Assembly (NCBI GenBank): GCA_963827655.1
Contig: CAWHCF010000044.1
Span: 32,001-96,000 of the forward strand
DNA: 64,000 bases
From: an uncultured Acidobacteriota bacterium
GTDB taxonomy: Bacteria > Acidobacteriota > UBA6911
Reading direction: 5' to 3'
Under the pieces are notes generated by a model that was given only the letters and a program-made list of their open reading frames with translations, was not told where the DNA came from and did not search any database. Positions 63,804 through 64,000 of the stretch are shown here, piece after piece; the first letter of the stretch is position 1, and every line of letters starts with the position of its first letter. The position numbers and the translations under genes were made by a program.

Positions 63804-64000
63804 GTGACCACCAGCATCCTCGGAATCTCGGGCTACTACCACGACTCCGCCGCCGCCCTGATAAGCGACGGTGAAATCATTGCGGCAGCTCAAGAGGAAC
63901 GTTTTACCCGGCTCAAGGGGGACCCGCGGTTTCCTGGCAACGCAATAGCTTATTGCCTTGCCGAGGCCAACATCGATTCGTCAGAGCTTGACTACGTCGT
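63804..64000 (+). CDS. Carbamoyltransferase (NodU/CmcH family), 5' part
   Basis: MTTSILGISGYYHDSAAAL..DGEIIAAAQEERFTR; runs off the window end. Confidence 0.9.
   Translation, partial: MTTSILGISGYYHDSAAALISDGEIIAAAQEERFTRLKGDPRFPGNAIAYCLAEANIDSSELDYV

Overview
GC-rich bacterial chromosomal segment, probably Acidobacteriota (inferred from gene content and protein style, not tested). It is mostly housekeeping and metabolic genes: accD-folC, an acyl-CoA carboxylase set, tal, hslVU, thrC-AlaX, a two-component system, a sugar ABC transporter with a DHDPS-family aldolase, hppA, spmAB, an LD-carboxypeptidase, a ClpX paralog, AddAB and an M28 peptidase. The window ends at the start of an exopolysaccharide locus (LuxR, PilZ, NusG paralog, wza, wzc, carbamoyltransferase). 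No rRNA, tRNA, CRISPR array or transposase was seen. Four genes carry single-base frameshifts (five indels), most likely assembly errors. The most interesting signals are non-coding or tiny: (1) an orphan sigma54-type promoter pointing into a structured, gene-free ~235 nt region between convergent genes, a candidate RpoN-dependent sRNA; (2) a ~120 bp structured element present twice, with an apparent compensatory change, upstream of two protease genes; (3) an ops/JUMPstart-like element ahead of the NusG paralog; (4) a 59-aa zinc-ribbon gene missed by the ORF track; (5) pervasive inverted 7-nt and 9-nt periodic intergenic arrays, one pair bracketing a four-helix-bundle remnant; (6) a 202-bp MITE with a 4-bp target duplication and an internal REP pair; (7) a catalytically degenerate MDH homolog.
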